Under the pieces are notes generated by a model. It did not search any database, was not told the DNA's origin, and was given only the letters and a program-made list of their open reading frames with translations. Both the position numbers and the translations under genes were made by a program. 64,000 nucleotides of DNA from the NCBI GenBank assembly GCA_012295275.1, contig CM022665.1, positions 19,158,001 to 19,222,000 on the forward strand, given 5' to 3'. Source of the DNA: Chrysomallon squamiferum (Eukaryota; Animalia; Mollusca). This document shows, one piece after another, positions 53,443 to 64,000 of this stretch (the first letter of the stretch is position 1; each line of letters begins with the position of its first letter).

Positions 53443-53822
53443 TTAATCAATTTAAAAAAAAGAATGTTAGCAAAATGCTTGAAAATGTAAAGTCCTCTAC
53501 CATTTGTCAGTCTTGAAAAATTACCTTCTTGTATACCGGTTTAATGTTTATGGAGTTTTTGAGTATTACAATACATTTATTATATTATCAAAATGAAGAT
53601 GTAGATTAGTTCTACAGCTATGCAATATTTTTTAAGGATGTTGCTAACTCTCATGAATTTCAGTTAATGCATTATTTGCACTAATTAGCTCAAGTGTACC
53701 TAAAGCCTTAATTATGTATTTCACAAAAACTTCATAGAAATGAAACCTTATAAAAAAAAATCATTTTTCAAGACTGATGCATTTTGCTAACATTCATTTT
53801 TTTTTTTTTATCAACTGATTAA
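53443..53822. mobile_element. MITE in FRMD8 intron
   Basis: Inverted GAATGTTAGCAAAATGC / GCATTTTGCTAACATTC and TCAGTCTTGAAAAAT / ATTTTTCAAGACTGA; outer ends TTAATCA / TGATTAA. Confidence 0.7.
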
Positions 53823-54790
53823 TATTAAGTAAGAAATGATTTTAACTTTTCATAATTCATGCAGTATTTGTAAATGAAAAATGTGCATATTATTTATTTG
53901 TTTATATGATTAAAGCCTTTTAGATGTTCACAACATTCATCTTTATTATTACATATAAATTCCGTCTGAATTATCATTATATTTTCTGCTTTTTGTCTTT
54001 CAAAAGAAATAACTTTATATCATTGCAAATGATAGTGACAGCACATATACTAATAATAGTTGAGTAGGATATGGCTGATTTTGAATTCTAAGTCTTCTTT
54101 GTCACTGACATTTACATTTTCAGATTACAAACTTAATCAAGGTAAAACTGTGTTCTGTGTTTTACACTGAGATATTTTGGTTCACCTGTAGTTATTTAGG
54201 TTACCACTGCACATTTAACCTGTGTGTTACAGTGTTAACCTGATCTGGGCTTTGTTGATAGTTTCTTTGGTGACTCAAAACTGTGGCCAGTGTGCCGTGA
54301 CTGTTCACAAACGCCAACACTTCGTGTATGGAGACATTTCTTTGTTGTTTCTTCAGTTTGTAAGATAAATTTGTTATTTTATCCGTTAAAATATACACTT
54401 TACATTGGTTATACTAATTTTTGATTGTATTTTTACAGTTTATTGTACATTTGTACATGGACACACGTACAGAGATAATAAATATAAAACTTAAGTTGAT
54501 TAATTGCTCATCCATGCATGATTATTATTTTGTAAAGAAAAGTAGATGTTTAATACAGTGTATATTATCTGAAGAACAGTAGATATCAGATATAATTATA
54601 TTTACATGTAGTATTAAAGGATTTGTATATAAACAATAACCAGTGTTGACTGTTACTTGATTTACCAGGTAAGTAAACAGTGGCTGGGTAAAGGTACAGC
54701 TATGTATATATATATATATATATATATAGATATAGATATACTAGATATATATACTAGGTAGTCAAACAGGTTATTTTCTTTTCTTACTCA

Positions 54791-54832
<42 letters not shown>

Positions 54833-56286
54833 AAGTAAAATAATGTACAGTTAACACTAATGGTTAAGAATCATCTTACAAGGATTTTTTTTTTTTAAAA
54901 AAAGGTGTGAAAAGCAACAACAACTAAACAAACAACAACAAAAGCAAAAGAGTTCAGTTTCTGTATTAAATTTAAAAGAAGTCTTCAAAAATATGTTGCC
55001 TATTCCTGTATTATAATGTATTATAATTCTGTCTTTTTTTTTTTTTTTTCTTTTTGTTATTATCATTATTATTATTATTATTATGATTAACTCGGCTAGA
55101 AAGAGGAAAGATGGCTTCATCATTAAACCAACTTTATCAAAAATTGGTGGATTATTTTTATAATGATAGAGAAAGGTATCACATATTTCAAAACACACTC
55201 TTGATTTTCTAGATGGTGAATTTTATATAGAAATGTTTTTCTGACCTTTTTCAGCATCCTTTAAATTCTTATCTGATAGAGATGAAGTTTAAGTTCATAA
55301 AATTAATGAGAGAATGATCTATTCATTTATATATGATCTATTGATGTGTATCAGTCAGTTTCATAGTGATCAGAGACAAATCTGAAAAGAAAAAGAAAAA
55401 GTGTCTCATGCTGTTGAGACATCTTGTATATCTTATAGGGTGTGTGTGTTTGTGTGTGTCTGTAAAATAAAGAATGAATATTACATAATGCAGGTTTTGT
55501 ACAGGTGAAACAAATTAAAGCCAAACTTGTAAATGTATTTACCAGTATATTTACTTTCTATCTCTGTCAACTGGTAATTGTGATAAGAAATCACAGCACA
55601 TAACAAAAATAATGCACAAAAGAACTGAAAATAACAACAACAAACAAACAAAATAATACAAACATTGCATCATCATAATAACAATAACAATAATAATTCC
55701 TCTGTTGTTGTACAGTGATCTGTAGACAATACCAATCCTTTTGGTTTAAAGCAAAATGTAGTAATCTGCACTGTTAATATTGTTTTAAATTATGAAAACA
55801 TAATTTGGCTTTATTGACAAAACACAGACACACATCTTATAGCTATTGAGACTAATTGTGTACTAAGTGAATTACGAATACATCATTTCTGAATTACAGG
55901 AAGTTGAAGTAATTATGTCCTTTATTTTGATGGGCTGTATTATTTGATTGTTTAATGGACTTTGATGGGAAAGTTAGAGCAAAAATGTTTTTAACAAGTC
56001 ACATTAATCATAGTGAAAGAATTTTGTTCATACTTTCTGCATTTTCTAATTTTTTAAATTAGACTGAATTATTTAATATTTGAAATGATACAGTTTGAAC
56101 AATAAAAAAAAAAACACTATTCATTATAATTCACTTGTGTACAGCTGTATTTAGTTTAATCTGTACATGTTAAAAATTCCAATTTATTTATTAAAAACCC
56201 TTTAAACTATAGTGTCCTCCAGAATTTTGGCTATGGAATAGTAATGATATAAAACTAGTAAATAATATGTTTGTGTTTATTTTCAG

Positions 56287-56377
56287 GATACAAAATCACA
56301 TGGTAACCAATTTGCTGCAGATGAAGATAAAGATAATGATGAGACAACTGAACTTCTGGTGAACAATATGAGTGAAC
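56287..56377 (+). CDS. FRMD8: FRMD8 putative acidic N-terminal exon (DTKSHGNQFAADEDKDNDETTELLVNNMSE)
   Basis: Acceptor tttattttcag, donor C|gtatgt; phase 0 to 1, exactly what is needed to join exon 1 to the exon at 59995. Confidence 0.65.
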
Positions 56378-56510
56378 GTATGTACACAAGGCACCTTACA
56401 CGTTAACATTTTTAAATGCATAAAAATATAAATATATATATATAAAACACTGAATGTATTATTATTTTCTGCTGGAATGTATCTAACATTATATGTCTGT
56501 AAATGAAATA

Positions 56511-57943
56511 CAGTCAAACTTCGATGAGTCAAACTAAATAGTTAGAGTTCTTCTGGGTGTTTTCCAGTTTTTTAATTTCAAATATTTACTGCATTCCTGA
56601 TTACTGAGTAATGTACATTTCAAATTTCGAGAAGCACATCTTTCATATTTAATAAAATAAGTAAATAACAAAATGAATAAGGAACAACTCAAAAGTATTA
56701 GACAAAAATATTCACACACCTACTCACATGCAAATATATTTATTGATATATAAAACTGCAAAACAGATGATACATACATGTACATTCATTACTGGAAAAA
56801 TAAACTGAAACACGTAATCAGTATGCAAGACAGTTAGTTTTTCTTTATGTTTTCCCTCCATGACAGTCTAGATCTTTAAATTCTAATGTTTTGTCAGGAA
56901 ATAGTCAGTAAAATATTCCAGCTTCATCTGCATTGTAGATGTCATATATGTCATATTTACAAAGAAATTGTTATAATTACTTATGCCATTCAGACATATC
57001 TGAATTGCATGTCAATTGGCCTTGCTTCACCACAAATCTGTTTAAATGCTATTCCATTGCTTTTCTTCAATTTATCCAGATATTGTGGCAAATTCCACAG
57101 CTTTTGTAAGTAATACTGACCTAGATATTGCAAGATTTTTATCCCTGGCATTTTTCAAAGTTGCAAGTTCTATGTTTGTAAATGCTCCTGTTCTCATGTT
57201 TTTAATCCATGTTGATGAAATATGTGAGGGGAAGTTGTTTCCCTTAGCAGTTTGTGTTTTAGTTTTTACACTTGCCTGCTCCTGCATTAATATTTTATAT
57301 TTTGTCTCAGTATTTTTCATAACAGACATTCTTTTCATGTATCTGCTTTCTCTTTCCAATGCAGCTATAGCCCATTGCTGGGACTTTCACCAGATTGCTT
57401 GGGTACCATGGACACAGAACTTTTATTAGTAACTGATCTGGCTATATCCCTGTTACCAGGTTCTTCTCCAGATTGTTTAGCTTTTGACATAATTTAATGA
57501 CTGCTAATTTGTAAATATTAACTGGTATTTATAAAACAGACAGCAGGTTTGACATTATACACGCATAAGTAAGCAAAACAAACATCAGTCAATGTAATTT
57601 ATCACTAAAAAAGTTCTTTGAAGTCTGTCTTCAGTTATGTAATATGCAAAGAAGCCCAGACAACCTAGGAAGGCATAATTCATTCCAGTTAATCACCCAT
57701 TGTTCACTATTTACCAGTGGAAACAATAGCATGATGATTCCAATATTTCAGTTTTCGAAGGCTAATTTTAATTAATCTGACACTGAAGTGCCTTTTGAGA
57801 AAGAGAGGTGTTCAACTTACAAGCATTTTATTATTTGAATGTCATTAGTACTGACTTATATAGGAACTCAGCCTGGACCAGACTTTCAGTTCAGTAGACC
57901 TATTATCTTGAGAAATCGATGATCAAATATCCAAGTTTGACTG
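56511..57943 (-). mobile_element. Decayed Tigger/pogo transposon with TIRs and TA target duplication
   Basis: TA|CAGTCAAACTT ... AAGTTTGACTG|TA; minus strand has CENP-B HTH (KNARDKNLAIS..LLTKAVEFA...FKQICGEA) and DIYNADEAGIFY*LFPDKTLEFK...CHGGK. Confidence 0.85.
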
Positions 57944-59739
57944 TATATATATATTTAAAATTAACCTTGTGTCTTAAGAAGGCAGCAGAACAAAATATTA
58001 GTAAGACTGTAATAGTACAGTTATTTTCATTTATTGTTTTCATGAAGCAAATTTTTTTTTAAAACTGCCAGAAGTGACATTTAATTTTCTTTTGAAATAT
58101 TAAAACCCTACCATAAAAAGCTGACTTCTAAAAGTAGATAAGAAATGGCCACCAAACAAATTTTAGAAAAATGCACAAGAGAAGTTCCAACAGACTTAAA
58201 AGTAATATTAAAAGAAGTATATATACCTTTATAAGTTTTTATTATTGTTATATAAAACTAATTGTGATTGCATAAAGTTGAAGAATAAATAATGATTATA
58301 ATAAAATACAAAAATGGAAATGAAGTAAAGTATTATCAATGAGTATTTATTTATGTATACTGTATTTTGCAAATAATTATAGAAGCAGTTTTATTATTAT
58401 ATTTTAAAAAAATAACATGTTAATATCAAAATTTAATTTTGTCATGCAGTCAAAGGCAAAAACAAGAGAGGTATATAATAGTGTATGTTCAGTGTGTGTA
58501 CTATATGTTTGTGTCTGGGGAAATGCATGTGCATTTGCTTGCTCATCTTTATTTTAAGATCTTTTGTACTTATTGCTGTTATTATTTTCTTTTTGTTATT
58601 ATTATTATTATTATTATTATTGTTATTTTATATAAATCTGTTTTTAAATTTCATACCTGTCATTATATCCTTCCATCTACTGATCATTAGAATTTATCTT
58701 TATGTTATTTTACAAAATATTTCAGAATTAATATTATTTAAAATAGCAAGTGATCAATGCTTATGCACTTACAAGTAACTTAGACATTCATTCAGTGTTA
58801 CACCAACCTACCCACACAAAAACATCTCCAACTCATATTTTCACATGTTTAAACATCCGTAGTTTGAACCATACATTATTGTTGTTATTGTTGTTGTAGT
58901 TGTAGTCTTACTGAAATCAATATTTCTTCATTTCAACTTTCAGATATATGCATAAAAATACACATACTCACCAACATAATATATATGGCATATATAAATG
59001 CATACATGGCACATACCTACCTGGTAGTTTAATAATATGAATGTTAGTGGTTGTCTGAGTGTTTAATAAATATTTCCTGCAAACAGCTTTGTTCTTAAAC
59101 TTTCTCTTCCTATTCCTCTTGTACCCCATCCTCTGTTGTATTTCACAGTCACTGTTTTATTTCTGGTAAATTTTAATTAATGTTTCACACTTGGAAATAT
59201 ATAGAAATAGAATATCTGATATAGACTGATATAAATTGATTAAATTTGAATCACTGATTGTTAAGTAATGTAGATATTGGATATTAAGTAACAGTTATAA
59301 AAGTAAGTGGTTTTTCATTTTGTACAAGTGTTTTTATAAATTGCAGATGAGTTTTTTTTTTATTGTTATTAATTAATTATTTTGGATTAAAATAAAATAG
59401 CATACATACATTCAGACATATATATGTACATATGGACATACATATACACATAATTTTTTATATCATCTATTACTACTTTTTATTTTATTTACTTTTTGAA
59501 AATGAAAAATTATTGTATTAATATTTCTTTTTATTATTATTATTTTTATTATTGTTTTCATTTTTGAATAAGCAAAATTTTTAAAAGTTATGTTACCTCT
59601 AAGAGTTTTCCTTTTATTAGATTACATATTTATTTATTTATTTATAAAGGAATGTTAATGTTGTTATCTCAGTCAGCAAGAATATTTTCCTTAATTGTAA
59701 TTTTAGTCTTACTTTCATTTTCTTTAAATAATTTCATCA

Positions 59740-59841
59740 AATAATAAAATTAGCAAATTTTCAATATTTAAAATATTGCTTACCAATTTTTCAATAATTT
59801 TCAAATAATAAAATTAGCAAATTTTCAATATTTAAAATATT
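59740..59841 (+). repeat. Short AT-rich direct duplication
   Basis: AAATAATAAAATTAGCAAATTTTCAATATTTAAAATATT present twice. Confidence 0.85.
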
Positions 59842-59994
59842 AAATTTTTAAATATTATTACTTTTGTATTAAATATTTAATATAATTATTGGTCTTTATA
59901 TATTAAAATATTATTACCTGTATATTAACTATTTAAAATAATAGTTATTATTATTTATATATTCAAAACAAATATGACCTGACATATATTTCAG

Positions 59995-60162
59995 TTGTTG
60001 AGATGGTGGTATACCTGCGTGATCGCAGTGGGGTTATGTTCAACTTGGAGGATGGTCACCTTGCCAGGGCTGATGAGCTGTTGGAGATGGTGTGTGAAGA
60101 ACAGGGACTCCCACAGGAAGCTCAGAAAGTCTTTGCCCTCTGGCTTGTGTCCAGTTTAATGG
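59995..60162 (+). CDS. FRMD8: FRMD8 exon, FERM F1 lobe
   Basis: (L)VEMVVYLRD...LPQEAQKVFALWLVSSLM matches FRMD8 VLVYLAD...LP..A.DVFALWLVSPLL; ag/gt, phase 1-1. Confidence 0.9.
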
Positions 60163-60728
60163 GTAAAAGAAACACTACTTATATATATATGCATGTTCAG
60201 ATTTAAACTTTAACATAATGTTATTAATGTTCCACATATTTATCCTTTGCATTTCATATTTTTATAGTTGAATTCTGGCAAATTGTTGACTCATTTGTAT
60301 TTGTATATATGTATTTCTAATGAGAAAGGACCACAAATCTTGTCATTAGCTTAATTATTATTATTATAATGAAATTCATTTCATCTTGATGTACCATCCA
60401 TCTTAAATCTTTTTGTCTTAAATTACCACTGGGAGAGAAACACAAAATATAATTTACATAAAAATGTGTTTTATTTCATTAGATTATCAGAAATAAAACA
60501 AGATTCAGGTATCATTAATACCAAATACTTTATGCACATGCACATCATAAATAAAATAGTTAAATAATAATAATAGAAAAAATATAAAATAAAAAAATAG
60601 TTAAATAAAATAATATAAAACTAAATAAAAAATGAAATGAAATGAAAAATAATAATAATACCGAAATATAAAATAGGTAATTTATTTTGGAATGTTTAAA
60701 TGTTTCTGTGGTTACTCCTTGGTTACAG

Positions 60729-60829
60729 ACCTACGTTTGAAAAACATCATCAACCCCACCAGATTGCTCAGAAATGGGATGAGCTGTGTGTTCTTTACAC
60801 AGATGCAAAGATGGACGAAATACAAGAAG
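60729..60829 (+). CDS. FRMD8: FRMD8 exon with apparent 1-nt deletion in an A-run
   Basis: DLRLK then HHQPHQIAQKWDELCVLYTDAKMDEIQE in a shifted frame; matches EVQLKPKHQPY...QW.ELL; exon is 101 nt where 102 is needed. Confidence 0.85.
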
Positions 60830-61166
60830 GTTTAATTTCTCCCATTATTTGAAATATTTTATTTCTCTAAATCCAGTAACTGAGAAAATATTAGTGAATT
60901 TAGACAGAACATGAAAAATGCAAAAATTTAAAAAAGAAAATTAAAAATCTTTTTATTTATTATTATTATTATTTTTTTTTTAATGTTTGATCTTAACTGT
61001 ATTTCTGTTTTTAATTTTTTACAAATATCAAAAGGATAGATTTTTTTAAAGGTGTCTAACATTACTTTTGTGATTTACAATATATTTACAGAGAATTTTT
61101 TGTTTTGATTTGATCTATATCTGAATTAAACAAATGTGATTAAAGTTTTAACTTTTTATTTCTTAG

Positions 61167-61225
61167 CTGAGCCTGTACTCATGGTTCAAAGGGATGTGTT
61201 CTACCCAAAAGATGAAGAAACACAG
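61167..61225 (+). CDS. FRMD8: FRMD8 exon ending at a GC donor
   Basis: AEPVLMVQRDVFYPKDEETQ matches DEPFLQFRRNVFFPKRRELQ; junction CAG|gcatga. Confidence 0.85.
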
Positions 61226-61693
61226 GCATGATATTGCACTTCTATGTTTGTACGTGTGAGCATGTATGTGTGTGTGTGTGTATGTTTGTGTACACACATG
61301 TGTAACAACCTACCCAGTTATCAGTATCTGAAATTTTGAAAATTAACAGTTTATTATAGTTTGTAACCTTAAATATGAAGGAAATGAATTTGAAAAATCC
61401 AGAGTGTACATGTTTTTGTGCATGTTTATCTCTGTTTGTGTGTGTGTGTGTGTGCATGTGTGTGTTTGTGAGTGTGCATCTGATAATGGATTTATGATGG
61501 AAAATTACAGTAGTGTCTGACTTTGTTATGTATTTTTGATTTGAAAGAGGCATTGGAAGTTCAAACTGTTAAAGTTCTAATTTCAAACAGATTCCAAAAT
61601 ATCATTTATCAAAAGAATTTATCAATAATGAATAGAAACCTAGGGTTGGAACAATACTTCTGATGCAGTGTCATATTTATTTATTTACTTCAG

Positions 61694-61860
61694 ATCAAAC
61701 ATGAGGAGATACTGTGTCTGCTGTATCATGAAGCTAAATACAATGTAATAGAAGGTAGATATCCACTGTACATTGAAGACTATCATCAGCTGGCAGGCTT
61801 GCAGGCTCTGATACACTTGGGTAAATACAACTCAAAGGAACATGTCTTACCTCAGTACAG
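61694..61860 (+). CDS. FRMD8: FRMD8 exon, FERM F2 lobe
   Basis: IKHEEILCLLYHEAKYNVIEGRYPLYIEDYHQLAGLQALIHLGKY...; ag/gt, phase 0-2. Confidence 0.92.
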
Positions 61861-62236
61861 GTAAATGCAAACCCAGGCAACTGCTTATGCAAACTGCCAT
61901 GTCCTCCCCTTTTTCACAGTTTTTATTTCAGGCATTCATGTGTTAGCATAATTATGATAACAGGAAAATAACATAGCTAAATTCTTTTGCAATTATTACT
62001 ATTTTAAAATTATTTTCTGCTCACTATATACTTTATTTGTAATCATTAGTTTTATATTTACTATAATGTAAGCAAGATTTAACATATCCTTAGGTTATTT
62101 TACAAATACTCATACGACACAAACTAATGATGTATCAGCATTAATAATACTTACAGTCATGTCAAAATAATCATAAATAAATTATTATACTTTACAATAG
62201 ATCTTATTAAAGGTATTTACTGTTTTTCCACTACAG

Positions 62237-62449
62237 AAGCAACTTGTTAAAGTTCTACCCAGAACATATGTACCAGCATAAAAAATTCCTGTTTTTTCCC
62301 AAGAAGTCTGAGGGTGCTCAGTGTGAGGAGTTGTTCCTGGACGCTCACAAAAGAGTGTCACAAGAATATGCTAATCTTGATCTCACTACCAGCATGTCTG
62401 TGCTGTATTACAAATACTTGGAAATTCTGTGGACATATCCATTTTATGG
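62237..62449 (+). CDS. FRMD8: FRMD8 exon, end of F2 lobe
   Basis: SNLLKFYPEHMY...YYKYLEILWTYPFYG; donor GG|gtgagc; phase 2-2. Confidence 0.92.
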
Positions 62450-62783
62450 GTGAGCTAACTCCCTAGGAATCTTAAAAAAAACCTCAACAAATCTTTATTT
62501 ATTTCAAAACATATTTGACTTGAGAAGCAGATAGAAAAGACAGATTGGTCTCTTTTTAATGAACATATTCAGAGAAAAATGGTTTATCATTATGATCCTT
62601 CGCAAACTGTACCTTGATTATAAAATGTAGCTGTATTTATTATATCTGTTTCAACTTTTCATGGAACAGTAACTTATTTTATAATGATCTTCTCAGTAAA
62701 AAAAAATCGTCTAGTTGTTAAATATTAATTCACAGAGTTTTTCATGTTCTTAATCACAGAATATTTATGTTTGTGCTTATCAG

Positions 62784-62916
62784 GAGTGCCTTCTTCTCAG
62801 GACAGGTAGAAACTCCAGCTCCACGCTGGATGAAGTTGATTCACGCACCTCCAGACACACAAGTCATTGTAGCAATCAACATGGACAGCATCAGCCTTAT
62901 TGATAAAGAGAAAGTG
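62784..62916 (+). CDS. FRMD8: FRMD8 exon, start of F3 lobe; gene continues beyond the window
   Basis: SAFFSGQVETPAPRW...VIVAINMDSISLIDKEKV matches CAFFHGEVDKPA...VSVAISLEGVHVID; donor gtaacc. Confidence 0.9.
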
Positions 62917-63331
62917 GTAACCTTCTGAACATATTCTTCATACACTTGTTGTTTCCAATGTTGGCGTAGACCTGGCAAATTCTGGGCTAGATCCTAACCA
63001 TAATTTAAACTGCAAATAGCAAGGTTGACATGATGAAGTCATTTGTAAGCAAAAACAAACAGCAATAAGTCAACTTTAACAATTTATTACAACACTTCCT
63101 TCAAGACTGTCTGCAGTTAGGAACTAATTTACCAAACTCCTATAATATTAGTGGAACAATCACGGGCTGAACTTGGCTGAATACATTTATGTATTGATAT
63201 GTGCTGTGAAACTGTAATATATGGCCTAAAGCTTTATGTATCCTTCATATGTGTGCTAAATGTGCTATAATAATTCATAACATTCTTGGGTTACATGATC
63301 AAATTTATAACGAATTGATGTGAATATAAAC

Positions 63332-63465
63332 AGGGTTTACATGCATTTTGAAAAGTCTTGGAAAGTTTTGGAAATTTGTCACAGTGTTTTCAGGACCTTA
63401 AAAGTTTTGGAAAATCAGGTTTTGTTATTTTGGCTATGGAAAAGTTTTGGAAAATTATGTCCTTG
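63332..63465 (+). mobile_element. hAT-like MITE end
   Basis: Begins CAGGGTT and carries repeated AAAGT(T/C)TTGGAAA subterminal units. Confidence 0.4.
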
Positions 63466-64000
63466 CCATAAATAAAACGTATCAAAAACTGGTTTGTTTC
63501 ACCGATATTTAGCCCCAACCCAATCCCTGTTTTAACCAATGTAATGAGGTGCCATTATAGCCGAGCCAACAAAAAATGGTTTCATTTTGGTGGTGGTTCC
63601 ATTTTATCCTGATCCCAAAAGATTATCTCAGGCTATCTGCACTTGCGCTTGCACAGATCATCTCAAGTTTGCTGCAAGTTTGATGTATCTATGATTTAAA
63701 TGACCATTGCAGACTATCAACTCCATTTAAAATGCCTGGGAACTGTGTTCAGTAACCTGGTTAACAAAGGAACTATACAGTGTTTGGCTCGCAAAACCAG
63801 GGTCAAGATGGAGCAGATACTTATATTAATTTTAGGGTTATGAATAGGGCCATTCAACTATTACTTAATGCTCAGGAGTGGGGCTGTCATGTAAGTCCAA
63901 CCATTGTATGGCATGATAAGTGCAGGGAGGTGTACTGAACAGTGTCAGGTAACACAGTTTTGTTTTCCCATATTTTCTGGACTATAACATCATATTTTTG

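Noticed and set aside
58944-59022. Possible extra FRMD8 exon
   Set aside because: Low-complexity CA/TA-rich sequence, weak donor, not needed for phase continuity.

Overview
AT-rich, microsatellite-rich eukaryotic DNA with spliceosomal introns, most likely from a mollusc and probably a gastropod (inferred from repeat families, gene content and mosaic CpG depletion; not proven). Three protein-coding loci can be read. (1) A complete 3-exon minus-strand gene (2848->634, 190 aa) for a secreted PAN/Apple + EGF-like + chitin-binding (CBM14) protein; the ORF track misses two of its exons. (2) A single-coding-exon plus-strand neuropeptide precursor (45171-45527, 118 aa) with a signal peptide and two tandem eclosion-hormone (EH)-like six-cysteine domains separated by KR. 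This is the standout finding. (3) The 5' part of FRMD8/iTAP (plus strand, 51654 to beyond the window), with a GC-AG intron, a candidate 18-nt microexon and an apparent 1-nt deletion in an A-run. A CpG-depleted block at about 7.5-17.2 kb may hide an unannotated minus-strand spliced transcript whose introns carry a C/D-box-like element and a long G.U-rich hairpin. The rest is decayed transposons (RTE/RTE-X-like and RNase H-bearing LINEs, pogo/Tigger, MULE, Chapaev-like, mariner, Academ-like, MITEs, SINEs) and simple repeats.
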